This document shows positions 34,680-47,742 of a DNA stretch of 64,000 nucleotides, one piece after another; within the stretch, counting starts at the first letter, position 1, and the number at the start of each line of letters is the position of its first letter. Both the position numbers and the translations under genes were made by a program. The notes beneath the pieces were generated by a model. That model was not told the origin of the DNA and made no database searches. It saw nothing but the letters and a program-made list of their open reading frames with translations. This DNA is from Mustelus asterias (lineage: Eukaryota): NCBI RefSeq assembly GCF_964213995.1, contig NC_135821.1:39618001-39682000 (forward strand). The letters are read 5' to 3'.

Positions 34680-37600
34680 TGTGGTCAGGATCTAGCAAAG
34701 GGTTTTGGGGATTGTTTATTCTCCCAGAGTATGATGCTCAAGTCTGCAGTTTCTCAAAACCACTAGTCTTTATTTGCAGCAAGCGTTTCAACATTTGGAC
34801 TTCTCCATGAGGTCGAAGCCTCTCCTCCTTCTAGATCTCCCGTACATCTCAGCCATGTGATCTGACAGTGTTACATCAGCATCATATATGCTCCTGATGT
34901 TAACCCTTTACTCCATATCACCGTCCGTAAATCTTTATCCCTATCATATTTATATCTTCCTTCATCGCTCCCTAAAATCTCAAAGCTCACAGGGTTAGCC
35001 TCTGAAGTGCCTTGACCATTCTCTCTGAAGTCATCCTGATCTCCTTTTAAGGTCAAAGATATTCCATGCCTTCCTTTCTGTCAGTGTGAGTGATCTTCTC
35101 CTGGGTGGCTCTAAAGTGTGTAATAGGGCCGCCTTCTTTATCATTAGGATCTGAGTAGTAAGCCCAAATTTATATTGGCTTTCTCTCCAAGGAGATAAAG
35201 GGACTACAGTTTCCTCTTCTGGCCTGTCTCAATCCTGTACGATCTTGAAGGTGGAACTTTTTCGATGAACATGCCTTCCTTCTGTTGCCTTGGACCCACA
35301 ATGTGTCTTTGGGTTTCAGCACTGGTAACTCGTGTGCTCTACATCTGTGATTGAAGTTCCGAGCCTGGTTGCTTCTCTGCTCTTCCTCACGCTATTTTGC
35401 CCTCTCGTGGTCAGTCTTGGTGATATTGGTTTGAGTTTTAGAGATGCAAGCTGTGTTATGAATCACCTACCCTTTAGTAACTCTGATGGTGAGGAACCAT
35501 TTTGTAGGGGGGAGGTTCAATAACACAGAAGGGCTAGTATAAGGTTTTTTTTCTTCAATACATCATTGACGGTTCGTATCCCCTTTCTCAACTTTTCCAT
35601 CCACTTGAGGTTAGCGAAGGGAAGTGGTGACGTGAAAAAAGCAACATTTGTTTGTGTAATAGTGGAATAATTCATTAGCAAAATGCAGCCATTGTCGGAT
35701 ACTGCAACAACCGGGATGCCGTGTGTGGCATAAATTCTCTTGAGGGATTGGGTGATTGCTTTTTCTGTGATACTAGCAATCTGTTTACTTCAATTCACTG
35801 AGAGTAATAACCAATGAGAATCTGGAGGGTTTCCCCCTCAAATTCAAATAACTCCATCCCCAGGCAACCCCACGGCCTTGATGGAAAAGAAGGTAATCAT
35901 TATCCTTTATATTTTTCTTAAGTTTACTTGTTAGTGTCACAAGTAGGCTTACATTAACACTGCAATGAAGTCACTCTGAAAATCCCCCAGTCGCCACATT
36001 TCGGCGCCTGTTCTTGGCTGTTTATGATACAAGTAAGACACTTAGAAATCATTTCTTCTATGGAGTGAGTAACGCCTGACCACAAGGTTGATTGCTGTGC
36101 TCTCATATGAACTTTGCTATTTCAAGATGACCTTCATGAAGCTTTGGAAGATTATCTGTGTGACTATATTCTCATTGAAGACTGGTAAGTCCTCAGTGCT
36201 GTGAGGTTCCTGTGCTGTTCAAAGTGGTGAAGTAGCATCAGATTAGTGGAGATGTCTTGTCATCTTTCCAGTCAATATTCTCAGATTTTGAGACATTCTT
36301 CATCTCATTGCTGCCAGGGATGGTGGTGCAGGCAGACACGATAGGGGCATTTAAGGGGCTCTTAGATAAGTGTATGAAGGTGCAAGGAATAGAGGGATAT
36401 GGATGAAGGGCAGGCAGAAGGGATTGGTTTAATTTGGCAACATGTTTAGCACAACATCATGGGCTGAAGGGTCTCTTCCTGTACTGTACTGTTCTATGTT
36501 CTATTGCTGGGCTTGTTCTGTTTTCCTGCAACATTTTTGCACTAGCTGGTAACTGCTGAATGATTAAGAATGTATATGCTTCAACCTCTTTGATGAAGTG
36601 TAAATCCTCTTGTTTGGTACCTTTTAATGGTATTCTTGACAACATGTCTGCTGTCATTTCATACCTCCTTTGGACTCGTATCTCATCAATCTGAATTTGA
36701 ACTGCTGGATTCCAGGTGGCATCTTCTCAATTTCTTTCATGTCCAGAAGGGTAATGAGTGGTTTACAGTCTGTTTTGATTTTGAAATGCAATCCCACAAC
36801 GCAGTCTGAAAATGTTTTGCATGGGCAAGTTACTGCAACTGCTTCTTTTTCTATCTTGACCTATCAGTGTTCTGTTTCTGTCAGTGAACTAGAGGCATAA
36901 TGGACTGGTCTACACTTGTCATCTCTCTGTACTTTTGCCCCCCAGACCTGTGGACAATGCATCTGCTGCTGCTGTGGTGGTCAATTCTGGGTTGTAATGT
37001 GCCAAGATCTCAATGGAGATTAAATGTTGCTTAATGCTTTCAAAAACATTTGGCTGGTCCACATTTCAGCACCACTATTCACCCTGTCTCAACAGTTGTC
37101 TCAAGGGCTCTTTGTCCGCTACTAAATTTGGTAGGATCTTGCCAACTTGGTTGACCATCCCAAGGCATCAGTGACACTCAGTTATGTTCCTGGTCTGTGG
37201 AAATTCCATGATTATTTTTGTTTTTTGTCGATTAACTGTAATTCTACTGGTTTATACTATATGACCAAGAAGCCTGACCATAGGTTTGGGGTACTCACAT
37301 TTTTCACTCAATGTTAGGCCTGTATCATGTAAGATGTTTGGGACTGCTCTGATACTGAGATCATGCTCTTCTCTTGTGGAGCCATGCGTATGACATCCAT
37401 ATGGCATATTACTCCTTCCATATCTTCTTGAGTGTGGGACATTGTTCCCTGGAAATTTTCTGGAGCGGACGCTCAAGGGTGAGCTAGTGAAGCAATAATG
37501 ACTGAACAACACTATAAAATGTAGTCAACAATCTGGGTTCTTTGTCCAGAAGCAATTGCCAAAATCCACTCTTTGCACCCTATTTGGCAAATAAAGCACT

Positions 37601-38410
37601 CTTGGCTGGTTTGACAAGGCTCTCATCCATTGAGCCCATTGGGTGGATCTCACATTCCACTGGTTTAGTTGCGTTAAATGCAGATTCCTCTCAAACTGTT
37701 TGGTTTTGGAACTATAACCATTCCTGAACACCATTCCGTTGGCAAGGTGACTCGTGAGATAATGCCTTGCTGTTGCATCTTTTCAGTTGCACCCTTGACT
37801 TTGTCCAAGAATTGGTGAGGGGCCGTCCTCAGTGTAAAGAGGAAAACTGGTTTAGCATCACCTGATATGCTACTCAGTCTTTAACTTCCCTGGGCCTGTA
37901 AACAGTTTTGGAAATTTTGAAATGTATTGCTGTAATTCTCATCAGTAACTTCATCCACTTTATAGATTAATTTCACTTTTAGATGTGCCTTTTCCACTCA
38001 GCAGCGAGCATTCTTGATTTTGAATGACATAGAGAGGTTTGAGAATTTCTCAATCTTTATATTTCAACTTTGCCTTGAGTTGACCTTTGACTTTTAAAGT
38101 TGCCCCACCAGGAACTTCTGATTTGATAGATATGGGATTGAAATCCGACCTGTCTGAGCTATTTGACTTCATCTCAGAAAACAGAAACCCCTGCTCCCGT
38201 GTTTAGCTTTTGAAACTCTTTGGGGTGTCCATTCACTTCCAGTTCAATACACCATGATTTGTTTTCAATTTCATTTCCCTTTCCAATGAAGGTTAATACC
38301 TTTGTGGTTCTGCTTTTTGTACGTGGCTCTGTTTTACATTTTTCTCCCGTTTTTTTGCATGTTGTCAGTGTTTTTGATCAACAAGCAGTTTTGAAATGAA
38401 CTGATTGGTA
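34680..38410 (-). mobile_element. Decayed Ty3/Gypsy LTR retrotransposon (gag end, PR, RT, RNase H, IN, PPT, probable 3' LTR)
   Basis: Minus-strand remnants in Gypsy order: HFKTAC*SK (CCHC end, ~38390), KLNTGAGVSV (protease, ~38200), CHMD..HGSTREEHD and GLTLSEKCE..LLGHIV (RT), ILAHYNPELTT..ADA.STGLGA and IEKEA (RNase H), LKRIYATHGIPVVAVSDNG (integrase, ~35700). Purine tract at ~34965-34980. Many stops and frameshifts; nested HE1 (35920-36010) and CR1 (36295-36505). Confidence 0.85.
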
Positions 38411-38411
38411 G

Positions 38412-38572
38412 AGAACCCTACAGTGCAGAAGGAGGCCATTTGGCCCATCGAGTCTGCACCGACTACAATCCCACCCAGACCCTATCTCCATAACCCCAAG
38501 TATTTAGCCCAGCTAGCCCCCTTGACACTAAGGTGCAATTTAGCATGGCCAATCAACCTAACTTGCACATCA
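38412..38572 (-). mobile_element. HE1 3' fragment
   Basis: CR1-type tail plus end of core. Confidence 0.8.
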
Positions 38573-38990
38573 TTGTATGTTACAACTGTTCCACAATAAA
38601 TGTGCCATCTGAGATGTGTGCCCATGTATTATTACTTGTAGGTTCTTAGTGTTGCATGTTTATATAATCTGTTGTCTAAACTTAGAGGGATGCTTTCAGT
38701 TTTTATTGTATAAGGACCCTCTTGTAATTAGCTTTGTCTCAAGCCAAATACGTCCAAGAAAAAGTACATATGTACAACCTTGAGTTTAGTTTTTCCACTA
38801 AGAACTGTGTAGTCTTTACAGCAGCAGCCTCATATTTCAACTGGTTTTTTGTTGCTATGCATAACTTCAGGTGTTTCTCTCCCCTAAAAGAAGTAGCTTG
38901 CAGTGGCCCCGCAAAACTATTTCTGCACGATTGTAGCACCCTGCTCTCACTGCTGAATAATCTTCTCGCTTATGTGGTTCATTCCCACCA

Positions 38991-39267
38991 TGATGCGCGA
39001 TTGATCCACACGGGAGACAAGATCGCACCCGGGAATAAAGGCTTTTATTCACAACAAGAATAGAGCACACTGCTTAACAATATTATCCCAGACTAAGGGC
39101 TACTATGAAGTAGCAGTGACCTTTATACCCCTGTAAGAAGGCGGGGCCAAACGGAGTGTACCACAGAACAATGCTAACAGGTGGAACACCCCAACCCTAA
39201 CCCCAACAGCAACAAGAATAACATATGTACAAGTACCCATAGTGGTAACCATCTATGGTTCACCACA
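38991..39267 (-). mobile_element. Solo LTR (277 bp)
   Basis: TG...CA termini, 5-bp TSD CACCA (38986-38990 / 39268-39272), minus-strand TATAAA (~39122-39127) upstream of AATAAA (~39044-39049). Confidence 0.8.
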
Positions 39268-40804
39268 CACCACATCAAAGACATTTCAAAATGGCTGTTG
39301 GCACACATTTCTCCATCTGATGGGCTTAGGTTTTGGCATGCTTTCTCTTTTATGGCCTATAAACGGAGTGATCTCACTCGATCACCTCTAGGGGACCTCT
39401 CCTTCCCTGCGATTCTGTTTCCTGAATTCATTTTGCCTGACAATCTGCACTGCTTTCACTAGTATTGAATCCTCTGTTGACTAAGAAACCTGATGATGCT
39501 TCTCTCGGACCCTGGCTATGAGCTTGTCTCAAATTAACTCATCATTTAAGATTCTGTTGCCACATTTCCCTGCCAGCCTGTAAGGATTGTTGATGAACAA
39601 ATCCAAGCTTTTGCCTGATCTTTGCTTTCTTTTATTAAACACCAATGCATGCTGAAAGCTTTCAGGATGTCAAAGTCCCATCAACCCCCTGCCTTGCTAC
39701 CACATTGTCAGAGATAGATCCCACTGCATCAATTAGTGTGCTGACTTGATCTTTTTAAAAAATCTTTTTATGTGTAATCCTGAACCTTTTTCTCCAGTTG
39801 TCCCAACTCTGGGCCTGTTGTGAGCCACCTGCACTTTGAAATGGTTTTGGGAGTGGTAGTCTGGATTCGTCTACCACTCTACTACTGCTTCTGTTTGTCC
39901 AAAAACATTCCCAAAGGTCTCAACCAGTCCCGACACTGTATATTGCTAAAATATCACCTTTATATGACCTAATATCAAGCCTGCCTACAGGCCTTTCTAT
40001 TTTGATATCAATTTACTCCATGGGTTAGCTGCTGACTAATCTCTGACTCATGGTCCATTAGCTCAAAGGTTCCCTTGAGAAATGTCCTCTCTATATCATT
40101 GACCTCTTCTATTTGTCATCCACCCCCATCCACTCTTTTCCTGGTGATTCCACTTTGCTTGCATTACCCTCCTGCTCATTGCAAGCTTTCAATCTGATTA
40201 TCAGCCTGATAGCTACAACCTTTGACCTTCTTTATTCATCAGCACGTTTGGGGCCATCCATCTTCGCAAACCTCCCGTTCAACTCTCAAATCATCATCTA
40301 CCTCAAAGCTATTTTCCTCTATCAAGCCACCTCCTCTACAGCTCTTAACTCTGCAAGGAACGAAATGATGTCCATCTGAGCGTATTGCTCCTATGTTTCG
40401 GGAGCTCTGTCAGTGTTTATCTGATCCCCCTGCAAGGTTACAAAGACAGATCTGTTGTTCATCTGCAACATCACCCTCAACTTTCCTTGCATTTGACTAT
40501 TTCACAATGGTCAAAGTTCATCTGAACCTCCCTCTCTTTTTCCTCCATAGTGTATGATTATTGTGTTAAATGAAGACACACTCATCTAAAGGATCCAATA
40601 CTAACTACCTCAAAAGCGAGGTGCCTCTTTTCACCTCCCCCTGTCCTTTCCTCTTTTAATGATCTTAAGAAATTTACAATATAAGTTAGGCATTACCCAA
40701 TTCTTCATCTTCCCGTTTACTGCAACTAAGGTAATGTCCTGTACTGTGGGCTTCAGTTCTCCACTGCTCTGGAAAGAAATAGCCATATAGCCTCCTCAAA
40801 TGGT

Positions 40805-41163
40805 AAGGCAATGGTCTAGTGGTATTGTCGCTAGACTTTCAATCCAGAAGCTCCTCTAATGTTCTGGGGACCCGGGTTCAAATCCTACCACGGCAGATGG
40901 TGTAATTTGAATTCAATAAAATATATCTGGAATTAAGAATCTACTGATGATCGTGAAACCATTGTTGATTGTCGGAAAAACCCATCTGGTTCAATAATGT
41001 CCTTTAGGGAAGGAAATCTGCCGTCCTTACCTGGTCTGGCCTACATGTGACTCCAGAGCCTCAGCAATGTGGTTGACTCTCAACTGCCCTCTGGCAACTG
41101 GGGATGGGCAATAAATGCTGGCCAGACAGCGACGCCCATGTCTCACAAATGAATTTTTTTAAA
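40805..41163 (+). mobile_element. SINE-B copy (near full length)
   Basis: Head, body and tail shared with other copies. Confidence 0.9.
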
Positions 41164-42214
41164 TACAGGCTCTCTACCTTATTGTAGCTCAGACGATGAA
41201 TGGTGGTCAGCTCGGCAAAGTGTGAAGGCACCACACATCACTTGTGAAACAGCATCCAAGCAGAAGTCAACAACTTAAGGAAGCACGAGGAGAAAAGGGA
41301 CTGAAGATGAGGAAGTGCGGTCCTGACTGGGAGCAAAATCTTCTGCTTTTATGGTATCAGTTCTATACTCCACCACCATCGCCCCTCCCAAACTATCCCT
41401 GACACTCACCGGACAGGCAAAATCAGTGCCAATTTCACCACTTTATCTCAAATGGATTCTTTGTAGTCAGCGCCAGCAGGTGATCCTATTCTCCAAATGT
41501 ATGATTTCCTTCTTCCTCACAGACTTTAATGAATTGTGATAATAAAAATAAATGGGATATCGAATGCAACATAAACGATGGAATATTCATGGCTGCCTTG
41601 TCAGACTGAAATTATTTTTTCCCCCAGCAGCTGCCTTCCTGTCACTTTGTGTCTAACATTATGACTTGGCCTGATAACATAATGCTTCAGCTGAAACATT
41701 ATTCAAAATCGCCTGTCTGCAGATTGATAAAGCCCGTGACAGGAGGCATTTTCCCTTGTCTCAGGTATTGTAATGTGCTTCTTATTACAGACAGATGGCT
41801 AGGTGTTTGGGAAAATTATATAGCGTGTACCTTCACTGCGGTGAGGTGGGTGACAGAAGAGGGTGATGAAATGTCTTCAGGCCTCACCTTGCTTATTTTA
41901 AAGCTCTCGTAATTCTGCAGGAGGGAGAACTGAAGGGAGGGGGACGGATGTTTTGCGCTATATTTACCCGCTGTTGTCCTTTAGTCGATCACTATCCGTT
42001 ATCTGCCTTTACTTAAAACCCCAGCTTTGTTTTTCAAGGCATTTTTGCACTGATTTCTGCTCCGTGTACCTCGATTGTGTCACAAGAATGTCCAGGAAAT
42101 CATAACCCTTGCACCAATTAAAACCAACAGATATAAAATTGTGACGTGAAATTGTGCATGAGGTTGTGCAATTTCCTGATGGGTGTGTCAAAGTGGAAAA
42201 TATAGCTGAAGAGG

Positions 42215-42366
42215 CGGCTAGATATAGCACTTGGGGCGATCAGGATCAAAGGTTATGGGGAGAAAGTAGGATTAGGCTATTGAGTTGGGCGATCAGCCAT
42301 GATCATGATAAATTGTGGAGCAGGCTCGAAGGGCCGAATGGCCTCCTCCTGCTCCTATCTTCTATT
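42215..42366 (+). mobile_element. CR1 3' tail fragment
   Basis: Same as 30838-31030 and 58500-58670. Confidence 0.8.
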
Positions 42367-42462
42367 TAGTCAATGGCATGGGAATTAAGAAAGGGACATT
42401 GTAACTGGTTCTACCAGGTTATGTTCTTCTGAGGCAGTCTTTCTTACTCTTGATGTAATGTG

Positions 42463-42835
42463 TTTTTTTTAATTCATTCATGGGATGTGGGCGTCACTGG
42501 CTGGGATGTTTCCCATCCCTAATTGCCCTTGAACTCCCTGAGTGGCTTGCTTGGCCATTTCAGAGGGCATTTTAAGAGTCAGCCACATTGCTATGGTTCT
42601 GGTGTCACATGTAGGCCAGACCAGGTAAGGATGGCAGATTTCCTTCCCTAAAGGACATTAGAGAACCAGATGGGTTTTTCCAACAATCGACAATAATTAC
42701 TTGATCATTATTAGACTTTTAATTCCAGATTTTTATTGAATTCAGATATCGCCATCTGCCATGATGAGATTGGAACCTCAGTCCCCAGAGGGTCTCTGGA
42801 TTACTAGTCCAAGAGTAATACCACTATACCACTGA
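42463..42835 (-). mobile_element. SINE-B copy
   Basis: Reverse complement of family consensus. Confidence 0.85.
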
Positions 42836-42952
42836 CCCAGGAATACCGACATACAGCACCTAAAGTAGAAAGGTGCTCCGATCTCCAGCACGGATAAATA
42901 AATCCGTCTATAATTCACATGGTAAATAAAATTAAATGATCCTTGAATTTTG

Positions 42953-43187
42953 GTGGCACGGTGGCACGGTGGTTTAGCACTGCTGCCTCACATCGTCAAG
43001 GATCGGTTTCTTCCCACACCCCAAAAGAGGTGCGGTTTAGGTGGATTGACCATGCTAAATTGCCCTTTAGTGTCAGAGGGACCAGTAGGGTAAATGTGTG
43101 GGGTTAAGGGGATAGAGCCTAGGTGGGATTGTTGTTGGTGCAGGCTTGATGGGCTGAATGGCCTGCTTCTGCACCGTAGGGATTCTG
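42953..43187 (+). mobile_element. HE1/V-SINE with internal deletion
   Basis: Head joined directly to late core, CR1-type tail. Confidence 0.8.
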
Positions 43188-44915
43188 TACAGCAATAACT
43201 GAACGGTTCTCATATTCTTGTAGTGTGATAGTATAATCAGATTGAAGCAGAAGGACTGAGAAGAAACCATTTCAATGCTCATTGGAATTGTCCCTGGTGT
43301 GGAATTCTTTTTTTAAAATTCAATTGCCAATACTTGTCTGGCAATCTGCTCATTTGGGTATGGGTAGAAATGGATTCTATCCATAGATTTTTATTTCAAT
43401 TATATGCTGCCATGATCGTGAGTGGTCATAAAACAGGAGTCAGATGGGAAAAGTCATTTGAAAAGAATATTTTTATCCTCTCGGTAATTTTAAATAAAAT
43501 ATTTCTTAAACAGATCAGAACACAGATGATCAGTTGTGACATTGCTGATTGGCAGGGTATTCTTGATGGGCCAAATGGCCTACAGCTACTTACTTATATT
43601 TCTTATTTCTTACATTTCTTATGTCCTTATCACAAGAGGAAACTTTTTTTTACACAAGCGTTGTTATGATCTGCAATGGATTACCTGAAATGATGATGGA
43701 AGCAGATTATTTGTACCTTTGAAAAGAGAATTTGGGAAATTATTTGAAAGGGGGAATGTTTGCAGGGTTACGGAGGAAAAACAAGGAAATAGAACTCATT
43801 GCACTGAGAGCAAAGTGGGGATGAGTTTCAAATTTTTGTTAATTTAAATGTTTTCTTTCTCTCTCAAGTTTCCAAATGTAAATGTGTATAAATCTATGTG
43901 CCTGTGCCTTTTGGAAAACCTGGAGGTGAACAAAATTGTACTAGGGAGCGAGAGGGGCTGAAAGACTTTGTAATTAGTGGTGAGTAATACACATGTTCAA
44001 TAACTAGGTGTTCTTGTCTCTTTTTTCCATGTGAGGAAAGGTCTGTATTCTGTTGCCAATATCAATTGCCTAATTGACCCCAATGAGGGCAAGTTGGTTC
44101 CTCAGACCACGGCAGAAGCTTGTACCATCAAGGTGGAAACTCACCCAGCCAAAGTACTTTGGGCCAGGACCCTTTTGGTTGGCTGAAAATTGAGCAGCGC
44201 CTGGATTGACAAGTAGATCTCTCTCCGACTTGCCACATATCTGGAGTTAATGAAAGATATAGAGCTACCGGTGAAGGTGCCACATTGAGAATATACCTAT
44301 GCCGTCTATAGCATTTAAACAATTAAATCCAGCAGCACAAGTAGGAATTATTGCCTTCAGGGGTTGGGGCTGGGAGTGGATCCGGGCTTGAAGTAGGCCA
44401 AAGTTTGGAACATTATGGTCTTGTTCTACCTATTACTGAGGGCCATTGTTACTTCAACTTTGCTTGGTTATGTTTTTTCTCATTTACTTCCAATAAATGT
44501 ACAAATGTGTCGATGACTACTATGTAAGTTTTCCACTATCACATTTAGTTCTAGTGATGGTTAGAAATGGATCAACCGTGTTTCCAACGAATAAAAGCAA
44601 ACTTATTTTGACATTTATTTGGTATTTATTAACTGTGTGTCAAAGCTAGAATTTGCTTTGAATATTAATAAAGAAAACTAGTCAGAAGAAATGATACTGG
44701 TATTAGTTTCTGTGTGTGGGCTTTCTGTTTGAAAAGAACCTGAAGGTACTTATTAATGTTCATGGTAATTAGCATTCCCTTGACATAAAAGGTGCAAAAC
44801 ACTGTGTACAACTCAAATGTGCTAATTATTTATTAATTACTGTCATGAGTGAAGACCCTTACTACACTTCTTGCCATGCCTGATGGAAAATCATTGTGTA
44901 CATGAGACACATTAA

Positions 44916-45273
44916 GGTGGCATGGTGGCACAGCGGTTAGCACTGCTGTCTCACAGTGCCAGGAACCGGGTTCGATTTCCGGCTTGGTTCACTGTCTGTG
45001 CGGAGTTTGCACATTCTCCCCATTTCTGTGTGGAGTCTGCACGTTCTCCCCGTGTCTGCCTGGGTTTCCTCCGGTTGCTCTGGTTTCCTCCCACAGTCCA
45101 AAAGATGTGCTGGTTAGGTGCATTGGCCATGCTAAATTCTCCCTCAGTGTACCCAAACAGAAGAGTGGCGACTAGGGGATTTTCATAGTAACTTCATTGC
45201 AGAGTTTCACAGTAACTCCATTGCAATGTTAATGCAAGCCTACTTGTGACACTAATAAATCAAGTTTAAACTT
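44916..45273 (+). mobile_element. HE1/V-SINE, tail B, with two short internal tandem duplications
   Basis: Duplicated TCTGTGYGGAGTYTGCACRTTCTCCCC and TTTCAYAGTAACTYCATTGCA. Confidence 0.85.
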
Positions 45274-45814
45274 AGCTAGATGCTGGTTCAGATAAGGAAG
45301 GACACCATTTATGGCGTCATCTATGTTAATTATAATTGTTGGGCTTCAGATTAAAGGCTCAAGAAAACATACAATGTTCACCGTTCAGCCAGCCAGGTTC
45401 ATTGCACGTATAAACCAATGCCAACCATTGTCCTAAGGCAGGGAAAAATTAGTTCTGCTTGTATCAAATTAAAAAATCAAAGTTCAGGAAATACACACAT
45501 TAACTGGGCCAACTTTCAGAAAGCATGCAAGATTTTTTTGCCATCTAATTTTTAGAAATATTATTAAGCGCATTAGTTCCCTCTCGTACCATACCTTCCC
45601 CTCCCCCCAACTTTGGAGTGGTTGTCATGCCTGACCCTATCCCTTCCCTCCCCCTATTAACATCTTATGTCCTGCTCCAGGAGATAATTTTGTCTGTAAT
45701 TCTAAAAATATGGAATTTATTGACAGGAATATTGGTTAATTACAAATAATATTAAGGAGTTACCAGTGTCTGAGACACAAAGCAATATGTGTGTTATCGA
45801 TATGTCTATAGTTG

Positions 45815-46160
45815 ACTGTCTACATTTCCCGCTGCCTCGACAAAACAGCCAGCATAATTAAGGATGCCACACACCCCGGACGTTCTCTCTTCCACCTTCT
45901 TCCGTCGGGGAAAAAGATACAAAAGTCTGAGGTCACTTACCAACCGATTCAAGAACAGCTTCTTCCCTGCTGCCATCAGACTTTTGAATGGACCTAACCT
46001 GCGTTAAGTTGATCTTTCTCTACACCACTGTAACACTACATTCTGCACTCTCTCGTCTCATTATCTATGAAAGGTATGCTTTGTCTGATTGGCGCGCAAG
46101 AAACCACACTTTTCACTTGTATACCAATACATGTGACAATAAATCAAATCAAAATCAAAC
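45815..46160 (+). mobile_element. Rex1/Babar-like LINE 3' end
   Basis: RCLDKTASIIKDATHPGRSLFHLLPSGK(frameshift)RYKSLRSLTNRFKNSFFPAAIRLLN and (AAATC)n tail. Confidence 0.75.
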
Positions 46161-46279
46161 CTAACCTCACCTCACCTATGCCCTCAGTAATGTGGGAAAG
46201 ACAAGTTCCTGTTTTCCCTGAGTCCCTGCAGCTTTGTGAAGTCAGAAGGCTTGGATGATTTACATGCTGCTTGCTGGTG

Positions 46280-46875
46280 ACATATTGGTAGTGTTACTAG
46301 ACTAGTAATCCAGACACCCAGATTAATGCACCAGAGATCTCAAACCACATCACAGCAGCTAGGGGAATTTGAATTGAATTAATCAATCAAACTGGATTTT
46401 AAAAAAACTAATCTCAATAATGCAGATCATGCAATGAACAGCAATTGTGAAAGAAAAAACCTCCCCCTCCCTCATCTCATTTACTAATGTCCTTCAGGGA
46501 AGGAAATATGTCCTTGTCTGGTTTACATGATACTCCAGGTCCACATCAATATTATTGACTCTTAAAGCCCGATGCAATAGAGTGCAAACCACTCCAGAAA
46601 AGTTAAATAAGAATAAAACCAGCTGGGGGAGGTGGTGGCATAGTGGTATTGTCATGAGTAATCCAGAGACCCAGGGTAATGCTCTTGACCCGGGTTCGAA
46701 TCCCACCATGTGAAATTTGAAATCAATAAAAATATGGAATTAAAATTCTAATAATGATTACCATTGTTGTAAGAAGGCATCTGATTCACTAAAAAAAATC
46801 TGCTGTCCTTATCTTGACTGGTTGATATGTGATTCCAAATCCACATCAATGTTGTTGGCTCCTAAATGTCCTAAG
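46280..46875 (+). mobile_element. Two degenerate SINE-B copies
   Basis: ACTAGTAATCCAGACACCCAG and GGTGGCATAGTGGTATTG..GGTTCGAATCCCACC heads. Confidence 0.7.
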
Positions 46876-46959
46876 CCATTCAGTTGTACCAAACTGCTAA
46901 AAGGCCTTTAAAAAAAGCAATGATGTCAGGCAGGCCACCAGGCATTGACCTAGGCATTG

Positions 46960-47742
46960 GAAAAAACAATGGGAAACCCAGCCCAGTTGACCCTGCAAAA
47001 TTCTCCTTATGAGTATCTGTGCTAATCCAAAAATTAGGAGAGCAGTTTCACACAGGCTGGACAAACTAATCAAACTGCAGCCTGATACTGCCATACTCAC
47101 AGCATCATATCTTACCGATCAAGTCCCACACACCACCATCCACACCCCTTCCGGTGAGAAAGGACATACCCAGCAGAGGTGGTATAGCACATTGGTGTAC
47201 AGTCAGGAGAAATTGCACTGGGTGCCTGCAACAATTACTCTGGACCTCACAAAGTCTCATGCCACCAGGTCATACATGGACAATGAAAAACCCCCTGCTG
47301 TTCACCATGCACAGCCACCCATCCCGCGGCTGATGAATTAGTACTCCTTCATGTTGAACCTGGATAAAGCACTGAGGGTGTCAAGAGTGCAGAATGTGCT
47401 GTGGGTAGGGGACTTAAAAGTCCAACACTTGTGTGGCCCGGTAGTACCACCACGGATCAAGCTGGCCGAATCCTTAAGGACATCGCTGCTGGACTAGGTC
47501 TGTAGGAGGTGGTGAGAGAACCAATAAGAAGGGAAAACATACTTGAGCTCTTCCTCACTAACCTGCCTGTTGCAGATGTATTCTTCCATGACAGTATCAG
47601 TAAGAGTGACCACTGCACTGTCCTTTTGGAGACAAATTCCCACCTTCACATTGAGGATTTCCTCCGTTGTGTTGTGCGGCACTACCACCCTGCTAAATGG
47701 GATAGACTTTGAACAGATCTAGTAACTCAAGACTGGGCATCG
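46960..47742 (+). mobile_element. Second CR1/L2-clade LINE family, APE endonuclease fragment
   Basis: NVLWVGDL..STTTDQAGRILKDIAA..VVREPIRRENILELFLTNLPVADVFFHDSISKSDHCTVL. Confidence 0.75.

Noticed and set aside
39300-40800. Possible very old LINE remnants on minus strand
   Set aside because: Only scattered hints; too decayed to call by eye
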